Source of the DNA: Hydrurus foetidus
Lineage: Eukaryota
NCBI GenBank assembly: GCA_900617105.1
Contig: UYFQ01000388.1
Span: 1-51,720, forward strand
DNA: 51,720 nucleotides
Reading direction: 5' to 3'
Shown piece by piece: positions 10,101 through 21,000 of the stretch. Below the pieces are notes generated by a model. That model had not been told where the DNA came from. It saw nothing but the letters and a program-made list of their open reading frames with translations, and did no database searches. Within the stretch, counting starts at the first letter, position 1. Each line of letters starts with the position of its first letter. Made by a program: the position numbers and the translations under genes.

Positions 10101-11760
10101 GTGTCGTGAGCCCTTTGCGGTAATCAGGACGAGGTTGTGTATTTGAGGTTTGGGACCATGGTGGTAGCTGACCATGAGCAGCAATCTCTCGTCTGCTGAG
10201 CAGATTAAAGGAAGCCAGACAACGCTCCTGAGCTGCCGTTGAATGATCGTTCGTGCAATTCTTTGACTGGGAGCATTTTCCGAATACAAACAGCTCACAG
10301 CAATAACCACGAAAAGTAGCCGCAATAGCAGCACGTGAGGGATTGGTGGTAGTGAGCACAGCTAACGAAGGTTCGTCTGGTGAGGATGGATTGCGTTCAT
10401 TAATTAAATCAGTAGAATTCTGATGGCTGTTGTAGACAGAGTAGTCAGAGTCTTCTATGTCGTCATAATCATAGTCTTCGTCAATTTTGTTATAACCAGT
10501 ATCATCATGATTGTCTTGGTGATCCATGTTTGTGTCGGTTGAGGAGGCAAGCGCTGAAAAGTTGGTACGAAAATGATGACGGGTCTTCGAGATCTCAGCA
10601 ACACGTTGATGAGATGGATTTAAGGCTGGTATTTGATGTCTGCTGTGAGACTCTCCTTGAGTGGAACGCAATTCATTCCAACGCATAGGCGTTAATTGGG
10701 AATCAAAATCTTGCCGGGCTTCACTGTTGGAACGTCCTTCCATGAGTTTGAAACGGACGAACTTGACAGCCGACTCAAGCGTTTTATGCTTGCTTAAATC
10801 ATCTTTGCCTAGCCATTGTAGGATTGAATCTTTTTGACTTCCGAGTGATATAATCCAGAGTGAGATATGGCCAGGGCTATCTTTTGTACCATAGGTACCA
10901 ACGGGCATTTTGGCAGCGTTGTTGCTGAGCTTAGATGTCTCCTCAGATAGGAGGTTGTACAGACTGAGCAAATCATTGAGAGATCTCATGAGCGGGCCGT
11001 AGAATATTTTCGAGAAATTCTCGGTGTTGATGTCGGGGCTTTGTGGAATTCCTTTGCCAAGGAATAGAATGAGTTCCCGCGAATACAACTCCTTTGTGCG
11101 TGGTCTCGCAGCTTCGATTAGAATCTGTTGAACAGATGGATTTGTGAAGGAAAGCCAGTCTTCAACCATTACTTCTTCATACTCACGACCATCCACTTGT
11201 GACTGTCGGAAACGGAAGGAGTTCCAGTTGGCTACGACATGAGGCCTTAAGTTGTAAGCTACCATGTGAGCCATCTTGATGTCGCGACCAGGATACTTTG
11301 AAGCTAGTAGCTGCATCTGTTTCGCAAGGTATTGAAGTCCTTCTAGTGAGGAAACTTTCAATTCCTTATCGTAGACAATATCATTTTGCAATATCTGGAT
11401 GCGTGGTTGATGGGAGGAGGTTTGCTTATCATCTAGAGACAATGATTGCCCAAAGAAGATGGTGGAACGTCGGTCGCTTTTCGAACGATCCGCAACAGGT
11501 GTCTCAATATCACCAAGAGAGTATGGACTTTCATCGCCAGGTTTCATTGATAACGAAGCGATGGCTGCACGCAACTCTGTGATGTCTTCTCTGTTGGATT
11601 CTTGATTTCTGACACTCTGCTGACAGAATTGCGTAACCATGGCGCGGAATTCGGCATCGTCGTCATTCTTTCGAATGATTGGAGTTTCATCTTTAGTAGT
11701 AGACTTGCCAGGATCCAACTTCGGCGAGTTCTTCGGAACAGTAGGAACTTCTTTCGACAT
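10072..11760 (-). CDS. Element E gag with C-terminal CCCH zinc finger
   Basis: Long open frame directly after the 5' LTR; first ATG MSKEVP at 11760; CELFVFGKCSQSKNCTNDH at 10243-10299. Confidence 0.8.
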   Translation of the reverse strand: MSKEVPTVPKNSPKLDPGKSTTKDETPIIRKNDDDAEFRAMVTQFCQQSVRNQESNREDITELRAAIASLSMKPGDESPYSLGDIETPVADRSKSDRRSTIFFGQSLSLDDKQTSSHQPRIQILQNDIVYDKELKVSSLEGLQYLAKQMQLLASKYPGRDIKMAHMVAYNLRPHVVANWNSFRFRQSQVDGREYEEVMVEDWLSFTNPSVQQILIEAARPRTKELYSRELILFLGKGIPQSPDINTENFSKIFYGPLMRSLNDLLSLYNLLSEETSKLSNNAAKMPVGTYGTKDSPGHISLWIISLGSQKDSILQWLGKDDLSKHKTLESAVKFVRFKLMEGRSNSEARQDFDSQLTPMRWNELRSTQGESHSRHQIPALNPSHQRVAEISKTRHHFRTNFSALASSTDTNMDHQDNHDDTGYNKIDEDYDYDDIEDSDYSVYNSHQNSTDLINERNPSSPDEPSLAVLTTTNPSRAAIAATFRGYCCELFVFGKCSQSKNCTNDHSTAAQERCLASFNLLSRREIAAHGQLPPWSQTSNTQPRPDYRKGLTTHQSSNKSKS

Positions 11761-11969
11761 GGATTTCTGCTTCGAAGAAGAGAAGGATATTTTTTGTACA
11801 AATGTTTTTTTGCTTCGTGAAATGTCACTGAAGGAGTTGAATCTCACCCGAACAGAATCAGCTCTTGTTTGGCCAGATTCGCAAACTACGACCGTCGTCT
11901 GGCTTGAAGAGTCTTATTCTGAACTGGAGATTTGTCTGATCGTTCTTGTGTAAACGAGAAAAGTACTTT

Positions 11970-12357
11970 TATGCTGTCCACGTAGCTTACAGAAGCTAAA
12001 ACGAGAGGACGGGTTTCTTGGATCAACTGCATGGGCTGTTGATCAGTTTGCGAGAACTGCAAACTAGGATGAGCGGCTAACGGCCACAGATCGTTCAGCA
12101 ACAAGAGAGTCGCTGGACAGGATGTTTGGCTAAAAGAAGCCGGTTTGGGTTTGGTGTTTTGTTTAAAGATTTAAAGATGTGAGAGGTGTATCGAAGAAGC
12201 TGACTACGAGAGATGTAAGTTGAAGTATTCGAGAAACCAAAAACTGGTACCGAAAAAGCTGTGGCTGCAAGCAATGTGTACTATGTACGTACATACATGT
12301 AACGTACGTGTGAGAATGCAATATAGTGGAAACTATGAAATAGTGGAAGCTATAACA
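11970..12357 (-). repeat. 5' LTR of element E
   Basis: Direct repeat of 6127-6514. Confidence 0.95.
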
Positions 12358-12361
12358 GCCT

Positions 12362-14818
12362 ACAACGTCGGAGAATCTTGACGGCACATTCAACTATGTT
12401 CCTGCCGACGATGTCACACGATGGGCCCACGACAAGAAACGTTTATACAACGTCATGTTGAACGCTTTCAGCGAGTCTACCCACTATCTATTTGCCGATG
12501 CCTTTACCTCTCGCGATGGGATCGCTATATATAAACGCATGCACAAGCACTACTACGGACATACTGAAGCAGACATCAACCGACTCCGGCGGCTTCTACA
12601 AAACTTCAAGGGCTCTACGGCTACTTGTTTTCAAGAGGATTTAGTGAGTTTACAACATTAATGACAGAATTCGAGTACGCCCAGGCCAGACCGAGCACCG
12701 AGCAGGAGCGCCTTCAATTCCTTCACAACGCCTTCATGAACGACCACCGCCCCAACACAAAATCCTACTTTATGTCCTGCCATAGCAACATGCTCACCTA
12801 TCACCAAACTTTGGAGAGAGCTGTTGTCTATTCCGAGTATGCCCTCCTTCAAGACAAACCGGTCAAGATAGCTGCCTTGTCCACTACCCCTGAAGCCTGC
12901 CGCAAGTTCCTCGCTGGTACCTGCCTTCTCGGTAACAAGTGCAAGTACTATCATGCTCAGCGACACCTCCCTCTGGCAAAGCACATCCTCCTGCCCCACC
13001 TGGATCCGCTCCAGTCACGGACAAGAACCGGATCAAAGCCAAGGGCAAGTACCCTCCCAAGCAGACCTTCCCAGTGACGAGTATTGATGGCCGTGTCCCT
13101 TACCTCAAGAGCAACATCCCCATGAAGCTTCTTACCAACGGACCCAACATCAACCCTGATGACGGATGGCAGAACAACACGCTTTTGGATAACGCCGAAC
13201 CCTCCGGGTATGTGCGCTTCTCCCTCAATATGTTCCGAGTCACCGACACTGACCCAGCACCTCCTCCGGATACACCGTCTAATCCTCCTCTCGAGTTAGC
13301 ACTTCCGCCAGGACTCCCTCCATCAGGACACTCACCACTGCGATCTCCAACTCGTCCATCTTCTAATGCCGCCTCTCCCATAATGCTCCGACCGTACGTA
13401 CGTTCCGAACATACTCAACCAGCCTCTACCCCAGTAGTCCTGGGTACCCCCCCGACTCCTGTCGCCCCAGAGAATGCTACAGCATGGGACACGCCGCGCC
13501 ATCAGAACATCTCCTCGCCAACATATGGGACCCCAATGCAAGAAGAAGTCGATGCCTTCACACCTACCTGGGCCTTCCTCACCAATGACGAAGTCACCTT
13601 CTCCACTGTTTTCCAGGGTATCTGCCGACAATGCTCCACGTACATCCTTCAGTACTACACTGTGGTCCACCACCGCATTCATCAGCAGCCCCTCTCAGCA
13701 AATGACTTCATCATCTATGTGAACCGTCCCGCCTTGCCTGGATCCCCTACACCGGCGCCTCATATCTACCTCGCTATTTTCGGCTGGGTATCCCCAACCA
13801 CCCTCAGCAACTGCCGCGCTGATGTCAGAGACGGATACTCTCGGTATATGAACCTCATCCACAAGATTGCTCGCAACCTGCTGCTCGCCAACACTGAGCC
13901 GCCGACTCCACCCAATCTTGAGTATGACCCAGGGCACTACCGCACCTTCAATCCAACCTTGATTGAAGACATCACCACCTATCAGTCCACAGTCGGGAAC
14001 ATTTTCTTTACTTCCTCGTCCACACTGCTCTGTACCTCGACGACCAGATCAGTCCAGACCACATGGCGATATTTGAAAGTGTCCTCATCTACGACTGTGC
14101 CTCCTGGGTCGCAGCACAGCTTGCCCGATATGCCAATGCACCCGGCAACTCCTGGCACAACATTCCCACCCTTCGCATACTCATGCTCACGGAAGTTGAT
14201 GCACACGTTGACGGTCTTATGACACGAACTGGATCGAACGAGTCATTCATCCAAGCCATTCGAGTCGTAATCCAGCATGTCCTACCCGACGCATTTCATG
14301 TTACACCCAACAGCCTCTTCGTCGGACCCGATCCTGTTGAGCCCACCGAGTCACACTACCGCACAGTATCTCTCGCCAGGGACCTCGCAGCATCTACTGC
14401 CCCACAGAACATACGCAAACGATACACTTTGCGGAACTATGAGAGCGATTCAGAGTCCTCTGTCGAAGACTCCATCTGTTTCCTCCCGTACAACATGTCC
14501 TGTCCAACTCATAACATCAGTGGCCCTCGATGCGCCGTCTCTTATGTCAACTACCTACATGGAGCCGTCACACGTCTCATGGTCCCTCCATCCGACGCAT
14601 CCCCATGGGTACCACGGGACGCATCGATGGAACTTCAGCGGTACAACGCAAGGAAGCGCGGTATCGCATTCCAGAAAGACCCGGCTCAAGGGGACACTAA
14701 GCGTCAAGACACCACCTCGTCCTCGTCAGCATCCTCTTGCGCCTCACCGTCAACAACGATTCCCCCTACGCTTCCGGAGTTCAATACTCCGATACCACCT
14801 GTTCCATCGACACCCTCT
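12362..14818 (+). pseudogene. Element B gag continuation: gag core, CCCH finger, Pro-rich linker, unknown domain; at least three frameshifts
   Basis: Overlapping ORFs 12455-12661, 12625-13077, 12939-14222 and 14063-14854. Contains RDGIAIYKRMHKHYYG and CRKFLAGTCLLGNKCKYYH (12898-12954). Confidence 0.7.
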
Positions 14819-15013
14819 TGTGGTATGGGGCGGGGCCTAGGACGTTGGAGCTGATGTTGGTGGACGGTTGGTGCAAGCGGTGGGCAAGGGAAGCGAGAGT
14901 CGGTGAAATAGACTTGTGTTAGTATCTTACAGTTGAGTATATACAAGTGATGTGTACGCTAAGTGCATTCACGTCATATGTGGAACTAAGACCTTAAAGT
15001 GGAATCTGGGCGT
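14819..15013 (-). repeat. Partial LTR (3' portion) related to the LTR of D, in inverted orientation
   Basis: 14912-15013 is the reverse complement of 16766-16867 with 2 mismatches. The outer part is diverged but shares CGTCCTAGGCCCCGCC and the ACCACA end. Confidence 0.9.
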
Positions 15014-16518
15014 TGTTATACATCAAGGATAATTCAAATCCAATGATTGTTCGGTGGTTTATGGCCTTATCCGAATATTCATTTAAGATTGAATATATAC
15101 CTGGTGCTAACAATGATATAGCTGATTCGATGTCTCGACTCTGTCGCAATAACATGGTTGATTTCCCTCAGGAATATACTCCTGATGCAATCATGTCTGC
15201 TAATACTATTGAAAAATTCAAACTAACACGTGATCAGTACAATACAATCAGTAAAGTACACAATTCACAAGTTGGACATTTTGGCCTTGAGCGCACTCTA
15301 AAGCGTCTCATTGACAAAAAGATAGTATGGCAATATATGCGTCAGCATGTCAGGTGGTTCATAGATCACTGTTCGTGTTGTCAGAAAATGAGTATGTTAA
15401 AGATACCAATACATGCTCATGGTTTCTCGACTTCTACTTACACACCTATGGAATGCCTTAACATAGACTTCATAGGACCGTTTCCAGACGGCGGGTACGT
15501 ACTCGTAATTATCGATACGTTCACAAGATGGGTTGAACTGTTTCATACAGAAGATGCTACAGCACTTTCAACAGCTAAATGCCTCTTGCAACACTTCGGT
15601 CGTTTCGGCGCACCTCTCCAACTCCGTTCTGATAATGGGCCACACTTCATTTCCGAAGTTATTAGAGAGTTTCTAACTCTTATTGGCACTCAACATTGTC
15701 TTACTTTAGCATACTCTAAAGAAGAAAATGCTATTGTTGAGCGCATGAATAAAGAAGTTAATAGACATCTTCGTGCATTAACATTCGATAATGTCACACT
15801 AGAAGATTATAAAACGTCACTTCCATTTGTGCAACGAATTTTAAATTCTAATCACAGTGACCGTTTAAAAATATCATCTTCTCAACTTCTTTTCGGAAAT
15901 GTACTCAAACTCGATAGAGGTATCTTTTTACCTCCTGCTGAGCGAAATGTTACTGATGACAAACCTTTGTCAAAGCGTAGGAGCAATCTACTCAAAACGC
16001 AAGACAGTCTTCTTAAAGCTTCTGCTAAAAAACTTCTTCGCACAGATTTGCTTCATCAAAGTCAGTCTCAAATTTTTCAGCATATAGCGTATCCAAAAGA
16101 CTCTTATGTCTTAGTGCCGACTTTCGTTCTCCTCCATCACTTCTCTTCACACGCATTGAGAGGCCCATTAAAAGTCGATTAGTGGCGAAAATCCCTTCGC
16201 GACACACACTTTATGATTTAGTCACTCAGAAAACTTCAGAGTTTCATGTTTCTGCAATGAAACCTTTTCTATTTGACCCTTCAATCACAAATCCGTTGGA
16301 TGTTGCACGACGTGATCACATGGAATACTTTGTTGAAGACATTCTTGATCATCGTGGCAAACACCAACGTACCCACATAGAGTTTTTAGTCAAATGGTTA
16401 AATTACCCTTCAGACAAAACACTTGGGAACCTTATTCAATCTTCGTGATGTTGATAAACTTCATGATTATTTACGTCATAATAACATGACTAAATTAATC
16501 AATAAGCAACATCGATGA
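15013..16518 (+). pseudogene. Element D: Gypsy pol remnant (RNase H end, integrase, chromodomain), frameshifted at the 3' end
   Basis: IVRWFMALSEYSFKIEYIPGANNDIADSMSR; HHCC; NIDFIGP, SDNGPHF, NAIVERMN; chromodomain YFVEDILDHRG..FLVKWLNY../WEPYSNL. Confidence 0.92.
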
Positions 16519-16699
16519 CTTAATATATTTGAAACTTTATCCATGAGGATTCTCTCCTATTTTTTACCTACGGGTCTTTTTGGAGAGTTTAGTCAGTAAA
16601 AGTCTGACATAATCGTTTCATCTATATCTCATATACATGTTTTACATATCTTTTTTTGTATATCAAATCAAAGATCTTCAAAAAAGGAAGAAGGGGTAG

Positions 16700-16962
16700 T
16701 GTAGCCTTATTGCATTCCTAAGGGAATACAATGTGTCTAGGTTAACTAGGTACAATAGGTATATTACGCTCAGATTCCACTTTTAGGTCTTAGTTCCACA
16801 TATGACGTGAATGCACTTAGCGTACACATCACTTGTATATACTCAACTGTAAGATACTAACACAAGTTTATTCCACCGAACCTCGCCTTTGTTTGCCCAC
16901 GCCTTCCATCCTCCGCCTTCTCTAACTTCGCCTCCCGTCCTAGGCCCCGCCGTCAAACCACA
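16700..16962 (+). repeat. 3' LTR of element D
   Basis: Follows PPT AAAAAAGGAAGAAGGGG (16680-16696); TGTAG...CCACA termini; the end is supported by the inverted copy. Confidence 0.85.
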
Positions 16963-16964
16963 AC

Positions 16965-18034
16965 ATGCAGGTTATAGCCACCGAGCTATACGGCATAGTG
17001 GGGATGTTCTTTACCACAAACATGCGGTATGAGCTCCCGAAACATTCCTATAGGGACCAACCTATGGATTCGTCAGAGGAAAGCTCGAGTTCAGAGTCGG
17101 GCGATGAGGTAATCGACCCAGAACTACCCGCAGAAGACCCCATATTAGTCGCTGCCGCGGTCCGCGAGAAGGTGGCACGCAAAGCGGCACGAGATGTTCG
17201 AAACGAGCGAAGGAGGAAAGCGTCAGAACGCTCGCGAGCGAAGCTCTAAGAAGACGAGTATATCCAGAGAAAACGCGACCTCAAGGCCCAAAAAGAGCAC
17301 GAACGTACGCTCTACCCTATGATGTGGAGACGTATGTCGCTGGCATCGCAGACGAGAGTGCGAGAGGAAGAAGATTTCCAAGAGGCGTACATGACACTAG
17401 ACTGCATCATGCTATGGACGATGATCAGACGGACTCACCTCACCCACATGTTCGGTGACGATGACGCTCTGATGGAGATCAACCAACACAGACAAGAGAG
17501 TAAGTACGGGTCCATGAGGCAAGGTGAGAGAGAGCTCCTAGTGACTTTCAAATCAAGATTCGATGAACAGGTGGAATCGAATCGAGCCGTGGGAATTGCG
17601 GAGGTGTCACAATCGAAGAGGGCTCTCGACTTCCTCGGGAAACTCGATCCCAAACGGTACCGCAAGATGCACGACTCGATGAAGAACGACGCACTGAGGC
17701 GGAAACCGGGTGCATTCCCTCCCACACTGGCCAACGCATTCCACATCGCCAACGGCTGGCATGAGGATGACTCACTCACACCCACACCTGGTGCACCCAA
17801 CGCTGCATACGTTACAGGGAACGCACACACCGGTGCGCCGAAGGATACGGACAAGAAGGCCGTGAAGACCGGTGGGGCCAAGAAGAAACCCCTGACCGAG
17901 GTAGAATGCTACCTCTGTGAACAGAATGGTCACTACGCCAGAGACTGCCCGCAACGAAATCGTCATCGGGAAAAGTCCACGTATCGATCAGCGAACCGAC
18001 AGACGAGGGTGATAGTGATGAGAGCGAGTGGGGC
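16965..18034 (+). pseudogene. Element C gag with CCHC knuckle; one in-frame TAA (17247) and a frameshift near 17955
   Basis: ORFs 16965-17249 and 17319-18044 share a frame; CYLCEQNGHYARDC. The pol frame is open upstream as KSSSGKVHVSISEPTDEGDSDESEWGVALV. Confidence 0.85.
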
Positions 18035-21000
18035 GTGGCTCTAGTTGCATCTGAGGAGAAATGCTGCTTTACCAGATTCGATGTGCTACTAGACAATGAG
18101 GCATCCCTCAACATATTCAGCAATCCAAGTCTACTTACAGATATACGCAAGGCGACACGGTCAGTCAAAGTGAGCGGGATCCATCTCGGAAGTGAAGTGA
18201 ACGTCGATAGGGAAGGCGAGTTCGGAGAGCTGGGGACCGTCTTCTACAGCGGATCGGCAGCTGCTAACATACTTTCATTCGCATCACAAGTTGATGCAGG
18301 AGCTATCATACGCTACGACTACGAAATGGATGTCTTTACCTTGCAACCGAAGGGAAGCGACAGAACTTACCGCTTCGGCAGGAAGCAAGTGAAGGGCAGC
18401 GAAGGACGGTTTTACTCGTGCGACTGGCGCGACGTCGAAGCCGAGATCGCGATGGTGACCACAGTAGCGCAGAACTCGCAGCTCTTTACTAAGAGGGAAA
18501 TCGAGCGAGCCAGGCAGGCTCGCGAGCTAATGGCGAGAATGGGGTTCCCTACAGTTGAGCAGGCGATGTCGATAGTCAACAGCGGGAGCAATTTTGACAT
18601 CACTACACGGGACTTTCAGATAGCTGACGCTATATGGGGGAAGGACATGGCCTCACTGAAAGGAAAGACCACTAAAAGAGCGAGTCCATCGGCTGATATC
18701 GTTGTTAGCTCAAAAATCGAACAAAGAGATCAGGTGGTATCGATCGATATTATGTTTATTGATAAAGTAGCTATGCTAATCGGTGTGGCTACTCCACTGG
18801 GACTAACTATTGCATACAGTTTAACCGACATAGCGTCAAAGAAGTCCTCAAGAGGCGTGGGGGAGGTCAGGAACGGAATTACCCACTTTCGATCAGTTCT
18901 CGCGTCGCAGAACTTTCGAGTCTCCACAATCATGAGTGATGGGGAAGGAGCGGTCGTCAGTCTCGTCGACGAGCTAGGACTACTTGGAGTCGAAGTCGAC
19001 ATCAGCGGAGCTGGAGGGCACGTCGCACGAATAGAGAGAAAAATTCGACTTATAAAGGAAAGAGTACGATCACACGTTGCGTACCATTTGCCTTTTACAT
19101 TATCGACTGTGGGTATCACCATGTGTGTTTTGTACGTCGTATCCAGACTAAACTACGAAACAGGCGGAATACGAGAATCGGGCCCCAGCCCACGGGAGGC
19201 GTTCATCGGCAGGAAGCCAGACGGGAAGAGGGACTTCAGATGCTCGTTCGGCGACTACGTACAATGCACTGTGCCGAACACAGATTCTTCACTCAAACCG
19301 CGTACAGAAGACTGCGTGGTCATGTTACCGTTAGGGAACAGAACGGGAACCGTACGGATGCTGTCACTGTCTACAGGGAGAATGGTAAATCGCGATCACT
19401 TTCGAGTGATGCCGATGCCGGAGTCAGTAATCAATCGTATGAATGAACTTGCCCTAGCCGATGGAAGGAAGAAAGGGAAGGGGGTGATTACGGAGCGTGC
19501 ATCGTCATACACACAAGATGACGGTATACGAGAGGGATTGCCCGACACTATTGAGGTAAGTGTGAACGACGGAGTGGACCCATCTGTCATTTCTATAGGG
19601 GAAGATGAAGTGAGTGAACCAGTGAACGACCCCGTAGACGAGTGGCAAGAGGAGATTGGGGACATGACATGTGATGCATTGGATCTGAGCGAACCCACCT
19701 ACACACCGTTTGTAGCTAATGCGAAACCGAAGCCAGTTGAGATGGACGAACTGATAGGAAGTTTGAGCAGTATGGAAGTAGGTCCGTATCAGTATATCGA
19801 CGAGCCGATGGACGGGATAGATGCACAGGGAGTCCCGGTTGACTATACAGCGGGTGGCGGCGCAGGGATCGCCGAAGAAGGAACCGGGCAGACACACATG
19901 GATGTGCTCGAGGCACGCATGAGAGCAGAACCGGGTCCAGTTGCGCGTATGAGACGTGGTGACTTTATGAGTTACTTCAGAGGAGGTGACGGCGAAGTAG
20001 CGCTGCTGACGAGAGACTACAGCGGAGACGGAGAACACTGGGGGGAATACATTTTTAACATATCAGTGAACGAAGCGCTGAGGACCAGGGGTGATGCAGC
20101 GGTAAGTGTTATTGAGAAGGAGTTGGGGCAGATGATCGCTAAGAATGTGTGGTCACCGGTGAACTTGAAGGGGCTGACTAATGATGAGAAGCACAGGATT
20201 ATCCGCTCGAGTATGTTCTTAAAGGAAAAGTTTCTGGCGAGCGGCGAGTTCGAGAAATTGAAGGCGAGACTGGTCGCGGGGGGAGACCAGCAGGACAAGA
20301 GTCTTTATGAGGACCTGTCTGCACCAACAGTAGGGACGAGCTCGGTGTTCGTACTACTCAGCATCGCTGCGCATGAGGGTCGAGCAGTTACAGTGATAGA
20401 TATTAGCGGGGCATTTTTGAATGCAGATATGAACACCGGACTGACTGTCCACATGAGACTAGACAGAAACATGACCAACATGATGATAAAGCTCGCACCA
20501 GGATACTCAGAATATGTGGATAATAAGGGGTGTGTGGTGGTACGACTTGATAAGGCCTTATACGGGTGTGTGGAATCGGCGGCGCTATGGTATGAGAACT
20601 TGAGAGATGGGCTGGCAGCACTGGGGTACTTGCCAAATGCACATGATATGTGTGTGTTCAACAAGCACAACGAGTACGGAGTCCAGTGTAGCATCGCAGT
20701 ACACGTGGACGACCTGATGATCACTAGTATTGACGGAGGAATGATCGAGTCTCTGTCGAATGGACTGATCGCAAGGTACGGTGACATCACTCGCAAGAAT
20801 GGACCCATTGTAAACTACCTAGGCATGGTTTTCGACATGTCAACAACAGGTGTGGCGCGAGTGTCGATGCGGGGATATGTGGAGGATATGCTGAAGGAGA
20901 GCGGCACTGTGGGAGGTGCAAGGACGCCGGCCACGGAGGGGCTGTTCGATGTGAGAGAGGATGCGGCGATGGCGACTGAGGCAGAGCGAATGCGATTCCA

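Larger units (their letters stand above)
6127..12357 (-). mobile_element. Element E: chromodomain-bearing Ty3/Gypsy LTR retrotransposon, non-autonomous (RT and most of RNase H deleted)
   Basis: Paired 388-bp LTRs, GCCT TSD (6123-6126 and 12358-12361), a PPT, and gag, protease, integrase and chromodomain in Gypsy order. Confidence 0.95.
4992..14818 (+). mobile_element. Element B: decayed Copia-like LTR retrotransposon, split by Gypsy element E and truncated at 14818 (5' LTR start uncertain)
   Basis: LTR end ...CTCACA at 5499, followed by a PBS and a gag frame. Removing 6127-12361 restores a continuous frame YSEPTTSENLDGTFNYVPADD. Confidence 0.7.

Noticed and set aside
14819..16962. DIRS-like or Ginger/Polinton-like element, suggested by inverted termini
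   Set aside because: There is no tyrosine recombinase. The segment retains an RNase H tail, a PPT and a normal 3' LTR, so it derives from a Gypsy LTR element.
16961..16975. CAACA..GGTTAT as the 5' LTR end and PBS of Copia C
   Set aside because: The upstream sequence belongs to D's LTR and does not match C's putative 3' LTR; the bases read as gag coding sequence.
2208..17249. In-frame TAG/TAA in gags (2208, 5674, 17247) as programmed readthrough or an alternative genetic code
   Set aside because: The same elements also carry frameshifts or further stops at non-equivalent positions, and ELF1 ends normally at TAG. Ordinary decay explains them.
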